Shown: positions 12,258 to 26,799 of the stretch, piece by piece
Layout: each line of letters opens with the position of its first letter
How positions within the stretch are numbered: the stretch's first letter is position 1
DNA from: Octopus sinensis
Taxonomy: Eukaryota
Direction of reading: 5' to 3'
Assembly (NCBI RefSeq): GCF_006345805.1
Contig: NC_043007.1
Location: 42,780,001-42,844,000, forward strand
Length of the DNA stretch: 64,000 bases
Notes under the pieces: generated by a model
What the model saw: the letters and a program-made list of their open reading frames with translations, nothing else
Database searches by the model: none
Told to the model about the DNA's origin: nothing
Made by a program: the position numbers and the translations under genes

Positions 12258-12354
12258 ATTCCAAAAATCTACTGGGACTTATGTTCCACACAACAAAGAG
12301 TGGATGAAGGAGAAAATCTATATAATGCTGCGGAAACAAGCTGGATCAGGTTAA
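12258..12354 (+). CDS. ERH: ERH last coding exon (VFQKSTGTYVPHNKEWMKEKIYIMLRKQAGSG*)
   Basis: TTTTTTTCTTTCATCAG acceptor, in-frame TAA at 12352-12354; matches the ERH C-terminus (..[22 protein letters not shown]). Total 102 aa once the initiator Met from an unlocated exon 1 is added. Confidence 0.96.
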
Positions 12355-14379
12355 AGCAAGCAGAACCACACTATCTCTCTTCATTTTTATTTCATCATTT
12401 TTTTTTTTAAACAAATGAAAAAATTTATTCTGCAGTTAGGCAACTATTTAACATTTAGATACCTTTGTCATATTGACCATTTTTCATATCTTAGCTATGT
12501 CATATTTTTATGATAACTAACATCTCAAATATCATGTTAATTCATGGCTTTGATTGGTTCTATGAAAGTCAGGCCTCATATAAAAGAAAACTTTGATATT
12601 GAGAGATATTTGCCTCTTTTGGAATTAAATAGCAAATAAATATTTTTTAATAAGACTAAAATGTATTGCTATGGTGAAGCTGTCCAGCAGAAATCTCAGC
12701 AATGCATGGCAAATATCCTTAATATTGTTATAAGGTGTGTATCAGTTTGTGGAATTTTTGACATCCATCTGGAAATATTTTGTAAACAGTCTGTTCCCAT
12801 CTCTTACATTTCATGTTTCCATAACAATGGATGATTATTTTAAATTTACAAAAAACTCCATGTTTAAAAAATATCTGAATAAAAGTATTTCTAAAATATT
12901 TTGTGATCACTTGACTCATTAAATACTTTCCCATATAACAGAACTGCAATTGTACACCGAATCATTTTAGTACCCCAAAAATCATGTAGTAGCTATGAAA
13001 GAAAGCAAAACTAGCATGGTATGTATTGAGCAAAAACAAAAGATGGAATAGAGGAAGGTTAAATATTAAGATTTTGGGTCAACTTAAATTTGATGACAAC
13101 TTCAAAAGTTAGAACTTTGGTAAGGAGTATACCAGAAGATACTATCTCACTCCAAGTCTTCACTTGGAGTGAGATGGTTTACTAAAGCTTGCTTTGAGGT
13201 CCACTTGTGCAACAATATAGAATAATTTGCATGAAAGTGTAGCAATAGTGGAAAATTAATATTAGTCTATTTTGGTAAAGCAATGTTGGAATGTTTAGAA
13301 AGATGCTTTATTTGCAGACTTGTTTGAACAGTAGAGGAGAGTAACACTGGTAGAGAATCATACTTAAAAACAAAACTCATCAACTTCATTTCGAAAGTGT
13401 ATTACACTTGTATAGTTAAAACAGCTTTTCTGTCTGACATGCAAAACTCAGTGAACCCTTGAATGTGTTTTAATAAAAAAAAACATTTTATTTATGCTTG
13501 CAAATAAAAGGAAACAATCAAGTTTGTGACATTTCAAAAAAGCATTTAACTTCCAATAGAAAATACCAGAACATTTTAAAACTAATGGATGAAATAAATA
13601 TTTAAAAAAATTAACATTTAACAATTTTAAGTTTAGGAAAGTATTTAAAAGAAAAACAATTATTAGAATTGTAAGTTAAAAATTGTCAAAGAACAATTAT
13701 ATAGTTAATAATGTTGCATATTTAAAAATTCTTTATTTCATCAAATAACTTAATTCTGTTAACCAGAGGTTAATAACATAAGAAAGACAAATCAGGGGAA
13801 ATACAGTGTACAGATCAGATTGTTTGTTAATATCATAAGAAACCCCTTAATGATAGTGTTCTATGGAAAGAGGGGTAAATTTCAACTCTTTTGTCACCAT
13901 ATTTCTGTTAGCATATACTTCCTTTGCTTCAATTAATTTTTTTGACAGAAAGTTTTAATTTAGATCACATTAAAATAGGAAGTTCATACTTTTACAACTA
14001 CAAGCGATGTCATGAGAGTAGGTATCAAAAGAGTTAATCTTAAATTTTCAGCAAAAATGCCAATAGGTATCAAAAGGGCTAAACAATCTTAAGTTTTCAG
14101 CAAAAATGCTAGTACTCTGAGTTTCATGTTGCTCCTCCTTCAGCTGACAATCTAAGCTTGTTTGCTTCTCAAATCATCAGATTTTTTAAAAAATAAATTT
14201 TCATTTATGAAAGCATACCAGAAAAATGATTATCATCATATTTTACAGAACTGTGTATGTATATGTATATATATATATATATATATGTATTTATAAATAC
14301 TTTTCTGGCAGAGAAATAGACTGAGGTTGTGAGAGTATGTAACAATTATGAAGCTAAGGCTAGTTACAGCCAATATACT

Positions 14380-15065
14380 AGCAAATAACTTCTGCCTGTG
14401 TACTACAGCAAGGACTGGCAGATAAACCATTTCTATGAGGTACTCTTGAAGATGACCTATTAATAGTGGCTTGGGATTTCAATAGCCATGTTGAACAACA
14501 CAAGGATGGGTATGAAAGTGTACATGAGAGCTATGGCTGTAGCAAAAGGAAAAAAAGAAGGGTTCAAATTGGTTTAGCTTTTGAGAAGTGCTTTAACATT
14601 TGCATCACAAATTTTAAAAGGCCAGCCTACCACTCAAGCAAATATGCAAGCTAGAAAGACTTTATACTTAACAGAAAACAAGACGGGCAATTGGCTGTGA
14701 ATACTTTTTTCCTAAGTGAAGACTGTACTATATAGCACAGAATAATAACCTCAACATAAGGACTACATGAACTTAAAGATAGAAAACCCAACAAGAAAAA
14801 GGTGTTGAAACTGAAAGATTCTTTTGCCATATGTAAGTTCAAAGTAGTACCAAGCAATGCCTATGATGAGGAGATACAGGATTGACATAGAGACAAGACA
14901 ACCTGCTAAGCGCAACAATCTGAGAGTGACATAATGGTGGAATTGTATACTGTCATCAGGTAAAAAAACAGGTCTGGAAAAGTGAGCAGTTGGTATTGGA
15001 GTTGAGGTCAATGTCAGATACACCTAGCAAGGAAAAAAGCTGGAAGAAGTTTGCCTATGTTGTAG
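14380..15065 (+). mobile_element. Old RTE-type LINE fragment (AP endonuclease region)
   Basis: IVAWDFNSHVEQHKDGYESVHESYG resembles the GDFNGHVG endonuclease motif. Further RT remnants of similar type at about 16040-17100 and 29290-30330. Confidence 0.65.
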
Positions 15066-18000
15066 ATTACAAAATAATGTATCATATACCATCTCTGTTT
15101 ACAGTTTTTATTTGTTTGCATTGGCTGTGTGGTTAAGAAGCTAACTATACAACCACATGGCTTCATGTTCAGTCTTTATTGCATGTCCCCTTGGGAAAAT
15201 GTCTACTACTACAGACCTGAGCTAACCAATGCCTTGTGAATGAATTTGGTTCCCCAATTCATCTCTTGACAACCAGTATTGGTTTATTTACACACCTATA
15301 ACTTAGTGGTTTGGTAAAAGAGACCAATAGAATAGGTACCAAACTTAGTACTGGGGTTTATTTGTTCAACTAAACTCGTTAAGGCAATGCCCCAGTGCAA
15401 TGACTGAAACAATAAAAAATAGAGATAACTATTTATCATCTTGTGTTGTAAGAAGTCTGCATTTGCTCATATTGCAGTATAAAATATGCTTTTATATATG
15501 TAGTTCTTGCAGTTAGTGTACTTGCTTACTATTCTATTTTTAAAACCTCCAGCTCCCCATCACCTCTAAAAATTAGCCTAACGTACTTGTTTACATCCTT
15601 TCTGTAGACTTGTTTTTTTTAATAAATATTCTAACCACTCCTTTAAAACCGGAAGACTTTTCCTTCACATTCTTTAGTTCTGACAGCTCACTGGCTCTTT
15701 CTCTCCTCTTCCTGCCCAGCTTGTTGGTCTGTATTTGCCTCTTTTGTCCTGCTTTCCTAGTTATCTCCCACTTAACTGACATAGTTCATACTCTGAAATT
15801 TGACCTCTCTCCCTCTCATTTTACTTCCATCCTTGTCAGCCAGCTCACACTGACTTTTACCCCTCTTTCCCTACATCTACACTTCCATCACTTATTTCCA
15901 TTTCTCATTCAACAATTTTGTCTTTGGAATTAAAACAGTCACTTTCTAAAGGACAAGTGTCTGAAATGCTGGATTTAAAAAATTTCTAACAAATCAATGC
16001 ACTATAATTTATTTTTCTTCTACAAAGAACAGAAGTTCTTAGCTAAGTGCTAGCCACTATACCTACCATACATTAACATGGAGGCCTTTAACAAAGTACC
16101 TCACTTTGTAGTCTGGTGATCACTAACTCAGTGTAGATAAAAGGTTTGCAAAAGCTGTGGAAGACAAGTAGTGTTGCTGTTAGCAAGGTAAGAATTGGCA
16201 ATGAATTCAATAAGGGATTTAGTGTGCAAATTGGGGTTCTCCAAAGCTTGGTTCTCATCTTTCTTGTTTATTATTGTTCCCTCTGCTGTAATAAAGGAGT
16301 ATAGGACCAGCTGTACCTGGAAACTAAACTCCTGCTTGCTAACAACCTAGTTTTAATAGCCTTATCATTAAAAAAATTAGAGGAAAAGTTCCAAACATGG
16401 AAGCAGGGCTTAGAATCAAGGGGTTTAAATATAAACCTAGGAAAGACAACATTTCAGTTAACAAGATAGAACATGTAACTCATCTGGAAAATGGCCATGC
16501 TCAATATACACCGAAAGAACAGGTAGAAATTCTATATACTGACAATCAATGTAAACTATAGATACAAAAGTCACAGCAAGTTCACAGAGAATTAATATGC
16601 AGCAGATGTACAGCAGTAAGATCACTCATGACATGAATTATTTCAACTGTATAGGTTTGCAAGAAGTAGTTGACAGCTTCTTTTACCTATGTAGTGAAGA
16701 TATGTAAAGCAAACATGTAACAGCCAGAGTAAGGATGAGAGGAAAAAAAATATTAAGGAAACTATTATCCCTGTAGACAATAAAGGTTTCTTTTTAAAGG
16801 AACAGGTTTTATAGTGACTGTCTGTGAAATGTGGTAGTAAAACATGAGCACTAGATGCAAAGGATGTGCGGAGATTAGAAAGAAATGAGATGAGCATGCT
16901 CCACTGAATACATTGTTGGCATATATGAATGATAGAGTACAAATGAGCAATGTCCAAGAGAGAAAGAAGATTGCAGTAGTATGGAGATGCAATGTATATG
17001 AAGAATGTGAGTTTAATGATGTCCCTAATGATCTAAGTAGAGAGAGCCTGCAGGAGATAAAGGTGACAGAAAATGTAGGAAGACATGTTGAAAGCTAATC
17101 TCAGAATGTTAACTCACATAGAGATGACAGGAATTACAAGTAATGGATTGCTGGAGACTATCTGTCCAAATGATGCCAGTATAAGAAAATGAATGTAAAA
17201 TAATGATTGTCATCATCATCTTCATTGTAATATCCACTTCTCCATGTTTGCATGGGTCAGATGGAATTCATTGAGGCAGATGTCTTTCTTATTGCCAACC
17301 CATATTTGTTTTCAAGCAGGGTAATTTTGATCCCACAACTAGATATGTTTTCATGAAAGTTGGGAAACAAGTAACACTGCTTGTATGACAGTGACACTTG
17401 CTTACAACTATTCCATGATATCAAGGCAAAGAGGCACAAACATATACATACATTCATATATGACAGGATTCTTTCAATCAAATCCACTTGCAAAGCTATG
17501 GTTGGCCTAGGGTTATGGTAAAAGACACTTACCCAAGGTACCATACAGCATACGACTGGATTCAGTTCCACTACACTTGATTTATACGTGTAAAAAGAAA
17601 AATTAACTTGTGTGCTCAGTTTTTTAACTGTCATGTACTAAGGGATGGGTGATACCAAGCAAGCAATAGTATAGACACTGCAAAATGAAATCTTCAATTG
17701 GTGCTCCTCTAACAAGCTAAAGGGCATAGAAACATTTACTTCTGTTTACAGTAGTACTGAGTAAATGTGAGAGAGAGAGAGAGAGAGAGAGCAATCTCCT
17801 TACACTCACAATAAGGTTTCAAATTACCACCCCTTAGGTCAGGAGTTCATATCAACTGATGGATGTTTCTGTGTGTGTCTGTTTAGACAATTTTACATAA
17901 CTCACTTTATATGACTGTAATGAAGAGCCACAGAAACTCGACAGAAATGTTATGAAATACTCATCTCATATAGGAGTTGACTAATCTTCCATCTGGTCAA

Positions 18001-19134
18001 TGAATTATGAGATGAATTTGGTTACATGTGTGCTTGTAACTTATGTGAGAAATATTTTGTATCCTTTCAAGTGCACCCCCCCCCCCCGCAAAAAAAAACC
18101 GTAATTTGGTATTTCAAAATGTCCTTTTAAAACATTGCCTCAAATTTATGTGAAGATTTTAAGACATATTCTCATGGCTTTTCATGGGTAAAAAAGTAAC
18201 ATATTGATAGAGTACTTTCACTTCCCTCTTAGTTAACATTAATTTAACACAAGTAAATGTGACAGGCTTCAAATGGGGACTGAAACAATATAACATACGT
18301 TTGTGCTTACTTCTTGCTCTACAATATTTTCCACTGTTTTTTAATGGGAATTTTATGATCATTTTATGAAGTCACTATAAAATACAACTCTCACCTTGCA
18401 ATAATTGAAAAATGAATAAAAAATAAATGCATCAAAGACCATGACTAGATGAATACCATTCTGTTATAATGAAGAACCAATAAATCATGGAAGAAAGTTG
18501 ATTGCAAAGGAAATCAAATTGAGCTTTTGTGTGTGTTGTCCATATTTCAATTGGTATATTCCCTATTGTCTTCAGATACCTTGTTTTTATATATACACAT
18601 TTCCTTTGACTGGTTTTGAACTCATTTAAAATCTAGTCAGAAGGTATACACATGTGCAGGGGAGGACAATAAGAGAATAGACTATGATGCTAATAACAGA
18701 TACACAAAATGTTTAGTTAAATAGAATGGTAAAGTCTAGCAACAACACACACACATCAGAAGTATACATTCTTATAGTCTTTTACTGTTTTCAGTCTTTG
18801 GGCACATCAACTCCAGTACTTATTTCAGTCTGATACTTATTTTATCAATCTCTATTTATTGAAAGGTTAAATTACTGATGCATAAGTAATCTTTTTCATC
18901 TTCGTAATATTTGTAACTTCTTTATTGAAGTGAAAAGGAAAACTCAATACAGATGGTATAAAAAAGAAAAAGAAAAAGAAAAACAATTGAAGTGAAAAGG
19001 AAAACTCAATACAGATGGTATAAAAACAAACAAAAAGAAAACAATGTCAATGTTCCTGAGAGATTTACTAGAGTCTTGACTCTAGATGTTAACAGAGAAG
19101 GCAATAGTGGTGATTGATTACTTTCAGTTGTTCA

Positions 19135-19212
19135 TTATGCGCCAAGGTTTGGAAATTTCGAATGAACAGTTTTACACAATGTTTGAAGGATGCAGAGCTT
19201 GGGCCATGAATG
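19135..19212 (-). CDS. PIGH: PIG-H last exon (HSWPKLCILQTLCKTVHSKFPNLGA*)
   Basis: TTATTATTGCAACAG acceptor, phase 0, TAA at 19137-19135; aligns to the PIGH last exon (SAKPRLDCLIEVYRSCQEIL). Confidence 0.82.
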   Translation of the reverse strand, partial: HSWPKLCILQTLCKTVHSKFPNLGA

Positions 19213-20462
19213 CTGTTGCAATAATAAAGAGATAATAAAGTTAGGCTTTAGAAAGCTGAAACTAATGAAGAGATTAGGCATAATGGTAAAAAAAAATTGT
19301 TATCCTCCATCACCTAGTTCTTTTGGTTGACTTCTATCTTAGCTACCCTCTCTCTACTACGTACACAAACTAAGGTTTAAAATAAATAATCTAGCCTAGA
19401 ATTTTACTTAACTTATGTGTATTGTATCTATCCCCCATAACTAACCCAAATGTTTTAATACATTTTACTGGGTTTTTGTATGTGACATGTCATTATGTCT
19501 CAGTTCAAATTCCACCAGAATTATGGTTGTGCCAAAATTAGAAGCAATCTGTGATAGATCCCTTTCTACAAACAAATTGAAAACAAAGCCATCCAGTATC
19601 TACTTGGACCCATTTGACATGCTAGAAATAGCACCCAAATCTCCCTCAGATCATAGCCTTCTATTTTAAAATCATTTGATGTGTAATGCAGGGAAACATT
19701 CATTCCCATGTACCTATCCTGTCACTGATATGGAGCTTTTTATAGGTTCTGTGTAATACTCCTTTGTTAAGATGTGTGACACACACAAACATATACACCA
19801 ATAAAAAGGTTCAGTACACTAATATATTTTTCTAATATTCTAAATCTCAGTCAACTCTACACTACATCCAGTCTTCTCACTCAGTTCTGCATTACATTCA
19901 ACCATCATCTCTTACTGCATGCAACTTTCTCAGCCTCAAATTAGACTCAATCTAACATTCCTAGCTTTTATTTAAGTTTTACATTATACATCCAGCAGAG
20001 CAAATTCAGTTTGTTTTATTCATTTTTTTACATAAACATAAAAAATCTGATCAAAACTTAATTAAAATCTGTCTTTGATTAGACACATACTAAAGTTCTT
20101 GATTATAATTAGATACTGATTGACTTATTGTCTGATGATTACCATCATGTCAGTATTGTGTTCATAATGAAGGCAATTTAGTTCACAGTGGCTCATTCTA
20201 TTCAGCTGTATATAGGTGTTTCCATGAAGTACAGTTTACTGCTGAAATATGAGAACTGTATTACTTGATAATTTGCATCACTAAATAAGCCCATGGAGGT
20301 AAGGATGTCCATGGGCTTCAAGAGGTCAGAAGATCAAAGAGAATTGTTCCATTTTCTACTGAATCATTATACAAAGTGATATCTAAACAACTACTTAATG
20401 CTCTAACAGAATACCATGCTATGTATTCTAGTATTAAAATTACCAAAGGTTAGATTACTTAC

Positions 20463-20540
20463 TGTGAACAGGGGTAGTATGCCACTCCATACCTTGTTTG
20501 GCTTCTGAAGTAACAAAGCTAAATAAAAGATGATGTGGTG
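20463..20540 (-). CDS. PIGH: PIG-H exon 4 (HHIIFYLALLLQKPNKVWSGILPLFT)
   Basis: TTTCTTTTCTAG acceptor, GTAAGT donor, 78 nt; aligns to QKVIYYLCILLKDP..VVPVFQ. Confidence 0.9.
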
Positions 20541-22011
20541 CTAGAAAAGAAACCAGTTGAAAATTAAGTAAAACCTACATTAGAGTGAGATCTTGAAACA
20601 TAGTAACTCATTAGCGTTTCTACTTTTACATATTAATTGTGATGATAGAGGTTGTGGTGATAATGATGATACTAACGATAATGCTGGGAAGAAATTTAAC
20701 CAACCAACCCATCAAGTCTTTTAGATATTAACCCTAACAAGACCACCTCTGGTTCTATATAAAAACCTCTTGTTTTCAAGCATTATTTCATACTTAAATA
20801 CCTTCTACCATAATTTCATATTAAGTTTAATAGTGAAAAAATGATTTTACTGAATTCCCCTAAATACTTGATAATTATAAGAATTAATTGAAACAAATAA
20901 TGTATGTTAAAAATATGGTCATAAAAGTGTTAATATGATCAGCCACATCAAATTTTGGCAAGTTCTTTATGAGAAACGCTTATTTACTCATCATCATCAT
21001 CCTATTGTTACTGGGTTAATATTCTGACTGGCATAAGTGGATCAGAGTGCAGTCTCTCATCAACTCTATATGAAATTATGCTGATCACTAACTACATAAT
21101 GCCAATGGTATACACTGATGAACAGAATAGGTAATACTGAACATAGCTAATGCTTGTGCATGTTCATGTGGAATGATACCCAGCACCAGATAATGTAAAT
21201 AGTGCTAAACTGTGGCAGACAATGTGGAAATGTACTAACAATATATGCACTATTGCCACCACTACCACAAATACGAACCTTTCCAGGTAGCATAATATCA
21301 TTTGATAACCCTCTTTTCTGGCATCATGTAGTGATATGGCATTTCAACACAAAGGAGCTGTGGACTCCATAAAACCTCGGCCATGACAGTTCATCAAGGA
21401 GAGTAGCAACTCTGGATTAAAACTGATAGAGTAGCAGGGGCAGACAACCTACCTACTGCTGATGGTACAATAAAATGCAGCCAGTCTTTGCAGTAAAGTT
21501 TAACAAAAAAACATAATAGCATACACAACAGCAAAGATTCACCAGACACTGTGCTGGAAAAGACCCATCCCTTCTATACCAGCATAAAAAAATGATGATA
21601 GTGATGACAATAGTATAGGTTAAGGGTTCAATTTCCAGTAGAATTAATGGTATTTTAATATTGTAAGGATAGAACATTTCTCCAACAGGATTTGAATTCA
21701 GAATCACAAAATTATAAACAAGAATAAGGGTACCATAGAATATTCATTACAGCTCTTCATACTTAACATCAAATTTCCAGTTCTCTGTCATGCAATAAAA
21801 CAAAAGAGATATCATCTTGCAACATCCAAATTTTCAGACTGCATAGGTAGAGTAGTTCTTCAAATTCAGTAATTTATATGTGAATTATTGAAGCAAGATA
21901 CTTTTACAATTGAACACCATTACAGTACAATAGTATATAGTAGAAGCAACGATATTACTTGCTGTTAGGCAGGCATATGTGGCAAACAGAGTAAGTAATG
22001 TGTCTTGTTAA

Positions 22012-22904
22012 CCCCTTAATGGATTATCCCGAGTTTACTGGTGCATTGCAAATGTATCTTTTTAGAAGCGGACAAGTAAACTTGGTCAAAATTAACTTTT
22101 AATTTTAGTACTTAAACAAGTTTGTTTTGTGTCGTTTCACTTTTGAGCAATCACGAATTGACTTGCGTTGCCGTACGCCTGGCAGCACATATTCTGGTGC
22201 CATTTTAAAGAATTTATGCTTCTGAGTTTTGAACTTTTACTTCAGTGCATGCACAGATTCAGAAGGAGGTTGATGTCATTTTAGAACCGTCTTGTTTTGA
22301 TTTTCTATTATTTATACAAGTAAGGGAATTATTTATGCATTTTTTTTTCTCAAAACAGATGAAGATTTAGATATATTCAGCAATCATGAAAGTGATTTTT
22401 CATTTCACAATCTGGAAAGCTCTGGGGATGAATTAGACATGTGTAGTTCAGACTCTGACAATTTTTCAGAAGATGACAAAGAAGATAATCAGATAGATGC
22501 AAGTGCATGGCATGAAATCAATTGCTTGACCGATTCGAAGAGAAAACAGGTACATGTGTGATGTTTGCAAGATAACTTTGTGTGTAACTCCTTGTTTTAA
22601 AAATTATCATTCTAAATAAACTGTCTATCTCATTTAAAAAAAATTTTCCTTTGATTTAAAAACAATACATCTTATAAAAAATCGAAGGTAGTTAAGTTAT
22701 ATGTATTTTTTCAATGTCCGAGTTAACTCGTTTAAATCCAAATGAGTAAAAGTACATTTTAATTTCTATAATAAAAAATAAAGGAAACAAGATAAAAAAA
22801 ACACTTCTTTTTGTAATTAACACAGTGTATACAATTAAAAAAGGAAATAAAAAAATATGCTCTGAAATGAAACACCATGTCAAAATAATTGATCCATTAA
22901 GGGG
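22012..22904 (+). mobile_element. Non-autonomous piggyBac element (893 bp) in PIGH intron 3
   Basis: Perfect 13-bp TIRs CCCCTTAATGGAT / ATCCATTAAGGGG with TTAA on both sides (22008-22011, 22905-22908). Acidic transposase-like N-terminal remnant at 22359-22549. Confidence 0.9.
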
Positions 22905-24036
22905 TTAATAACATCAACCACAATAGACAGCTCAATATTTGAATTTCATCTAGATCTAATAAATAAAACCATGAAGCTGAAACTGATTCTGGTCAATAGT
23001 TAGGCCGTGTTAAAGAAGCAAATTAAATCCTCCTGTTAAACAAAAATGCATAATTTCTTAATTGATTTCTTCTGTTGTAAGCATCAAAGATAGGTTTCCG
23101 ATATGAAGATAACTTTCTCCCTTCCTTGTTCTAGTCATGGAGGCCCTCAAAGCAGTCATAAGCACTACCATTCCTCCTCAAATGAAGGCATTAAAACAAA
23201 TTGTAGGCTATAAACTTTAGATTTTTAGGTTGAATTTCTTATACCTTATGATTTGACTATTTACACACTGACTTTCTATACACCCTATCATGCCTATTGT
23301 CTGAAAACAAATGTGCTACATTGAATATAGTGGGACATGAACTGAACAGGTGATAAAGTTCCATGGCATTCCTGAAAATGTTGAACCAATAGATCTTTCT
23401 CAAATATTAACCACCTGGGCCATTGTCAACTTGAAAAGAGCTGACTGGAACTACTTAATAACAGTAGCAACAATGAACCAACAAGAAAAAAGCTTCTACG
23501 TAGTTGTTCAACCTACCAGAGTGGCTACTAAATCACGCCCTATCATCTTAAAAAGAAATGACATTGGTTAATGTAATCCTAAATACACAATAAGAGAGAA
23601 TGCTTTTGCTCAATCAAGGGAGACTTGGGGCAAAACAACACTATAATGACTGCTCTAAGGCTGATATCATGACAGCCTTTGATGAAATGAAACTCAACTG
23701 TGAAGTATAAAAAGTAATTATGCAAGTAGCAGTATATGATTTGCTTATAATTTGACAGCCAATAAAACAAGGGAGCTAATTTGCAGTCACAGTCTGATAG
23801 AAGTACAGCCAAATCTCCCTCAAATTAGATTTTATTGTCTTGAGAATGAAATGACACAATGTATAACATAGTTCTAAAGACACAATACCTGAGAGACAGC
23901 ATAATCATGGAAAGAATACCCTTGGTTATAGCTCTGCTCAGTTAGAAGCAACTTGGGGTTGGAGCTAAACAACAACAACAACAATACAGATAATGTCAAA
24001 AAGAAAAACAAGATAAATGTAAAAGAGTGAACATAC

Positions 24037-24164
24037 CATTTTGACCCCTTCAAGAATGACTATATCTTTGATGTGGGTCATGTCAATAAATTTGGTGGTG
24101 CAATGACCAAACAGGAACTTTGTTTCAATCTGGACACCAATGGCAGTCAGAAACAAAACTGATT
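24037..24164 (-). CDS. PIGH: PIG-H exon 3 (ESVLFLTAIGVQIETKFLFGHCTTKFIDMTHIKDIVILEGVKM)
   Basis: CTTCCTTTCTACACAG acceptor, GTATGT donor, 128 nt; aligns to the PIG-H domain ETLLIIDSLGIQMTSSYASGKESTTFIEMGKVKDIVINEAIYM. Confidence 0.93.
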
Positions 24165-26799
24165 CTGTGTAGAAAGGAAGAAAATAAGAGATAGTTTGTA
24201 GTTATTATAATTCATGATATCATACAGTCAATGTTTATTTGATGGTTCACTCATCAATCTTGCATTGCAGAGTAACACTTAAATAATCATTTGATATATG
24301 TACAAGGTCAGATAATATGGAAGAAGGGGAAGGGAATCTAACTGATTGAAATCAACACCAGTAATTATTCTATAGTCCTTCGAAGGATGAAAGATAAAGG
24401 AAATCACAGCATAACTACATACTGTAAGTTAACTTGTCTGCCATTTGATTACACTAATATCAATAATAATGATTCCTAACATTAATATGATTCTGAGATC
24501 AATATGCTACCCTCTGAGGTTGATGTTATAATAATAATTGTTTCTAATGTAGACATAAGGCCAGAAATTTGGGTGGAGATGAAAATCAAATATATGACTT
24601 CAGTGTTTGCTACTTTATTTTATTGATGTTTAAGAGATGAAAGGAGAAGGTGACCTTGACAGGACTGGAATTCAGAATGATTCTGTTGATTCACCACCAC
24701 TTTAATTTCTAATATAAGCACAAATCAAATATAGACCAAGGAGCACTTGATCACATTGATTCCAGTATTTGAGTGGTACTTAATTTTATTAATCCTAGAA
24801 GGCTGCAAAGCAAAGTTGATCTCAGTAGGATTTGAACTCAGAATGTAAAGAACCTGAACTAAAAACTGTTAGATATTTTGTCCAACAATTCCACCCTAAT
24901 AATAATTTGTTACATAGACAAAAGACCAGAAATTTGTGAGGAAGGTATGGTCAATTATATCACAGTACTTGACTGCCACTAATCTTATCAATCATAGAAA
25001 GAGGAAATGCTAAGTTGACACTGGTATTATTTGAACTTAGAAAAAAATAACTAAATGCAATGATTTCTTATGTTGATACAAGGCCACATATTATAGGAGA
25101 GAAACACAATTAAATTAATCAATTCTAGTATCTTACTGGCACTCAATGCATTTTACTTGACAATTTCTAGCATTGACATAAAGCCATATACATTTAAGGA
25201 TGATCAAATTAAACCTCATAATTGATTAAGATTTACTTTAACATCTCCTGAAGAACAAAAGGCAAAGTCATCACCATAATACAAACAATTGTTTCTAACA
25301 AAACCATAAGGTTAGAAATTTGAGAGAAGGAAGGAAACAGTTGAATATATTGACTCTAGTACATGATTGTTACTTAACATTACTGATGCTAGAGGAATGA
25401 AAGGCAAAGTTGACATTGGTGGATTTGAACTCAGAATATAAAGAACTAGAACAGCTACTGCAAAAACATTTCCCCAAATATGCAGGCAATACTGCCAATT
25501 CACCATCCTAATATTATGATTCCTTTCATTAATACAAAGTCATCTTTTATCAATTGTAAAGCAATTAAACTTGAATATGCCAATTCTAAAATAATGACAG
25601 TAATAATCATTTCTAACAGCAGCACAAGGTCACAAATATTATTTAAGGGTATGGTGAGGAGGGGTTGATAGTGTCAATTTAATCAATTCATTACTTCACT
25701 TGCATTTATTTTATCTGACTCAGAAGGTAAAAAAAAGGCAACACCATAAGGCTGAAAGTCAGTTCTAGTGTGATTTGAACTCAAAGTATAAAGTACCAAT
25801 GATCTTTCAATAAGATCCTTTTGTTAGCCAGTTTGCTAAACACCAAAGAGTCATCAAATTTATCTAGAATCAATGAATATATACTGGACGTCAATGAGAA
25901 AACTTTGTTTGCCCATTAGCATCAAACCATGATCATTATCATTCTAATGCCCACTTTTTCATTGCTTCTATGGATCAGATAAAGTTTAATGAGGCAGAGT
26001 TCTATGGCTGGATGCCCTTCAAGCAAGGTAATATTTTCCCATGGCCAGACATGTTTTTGTAGAACAGAAATTAAATGACACTTCTTATAAGACAGTGACA
26101 TTTATTTACAACTATCACACTATGTCAAGACAAGGAGACACAAACATACACATGATGGGCTTCTAAGTTTCTGTTGACCAGATCCACTCACAAGGATTTG
26201 GTTGGCCTGAGGCGATAGTAGAAGACACTTGTCCAAGGTGCCATGCAGTGGAACTGAACCCAAAACAATATGATTGGGAAACTTTGTTTTCATGCTTTAT
26301 CAATAATGTTTTTCTGGTCTCACCCAAAAATGATTTGGTTTCACTTTCTATTGAAAGCAGATTCACATCAATCATCATCATTGAAAGTCAGTCTTCTATG
26401 CTGGCATGGATTGATTGATTTAACAGGATCCAATACACTGGAGGACTGTTACATGCTCCAGTGTCTGTTTTGGTTTAGTTTCTACAGTTGGATGCCCTTC
26501 CTAATGCCAACCACTTTACTGTATGCATTTTTCATGGAAATGGCACTAGCAAGGTCACCAAGCAACTCACAAGACAAAAAAGCCCCCTTAACTGAATGGG
26601 GGTATAATAGAAAAAGAGAGATGGTTTTATGCTAGGTGTGGAGATGCTAATGTATTATAAACAAAACAAGAATAAGCACATTGCTGTAGAGGAGATACAT
26701 AATGACCCTGCATTATATAAGGTGGAAAGAGAGAATAAAGATGGTGGTGACAAGGTGTACTTCACTTCACACATTTTTATCATAATTTTAGCAAGTCAC

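Noticed and set aside
21450-21580. Exon-like minus-strand segment (KGWVFSSTVSGESLLLCMLLCFFVKLY..) in PIGH intron 3
   Set aside because: No recognisable homology, and PIGH exons 3 and 4 already join in frame and cover the conserved alignment.
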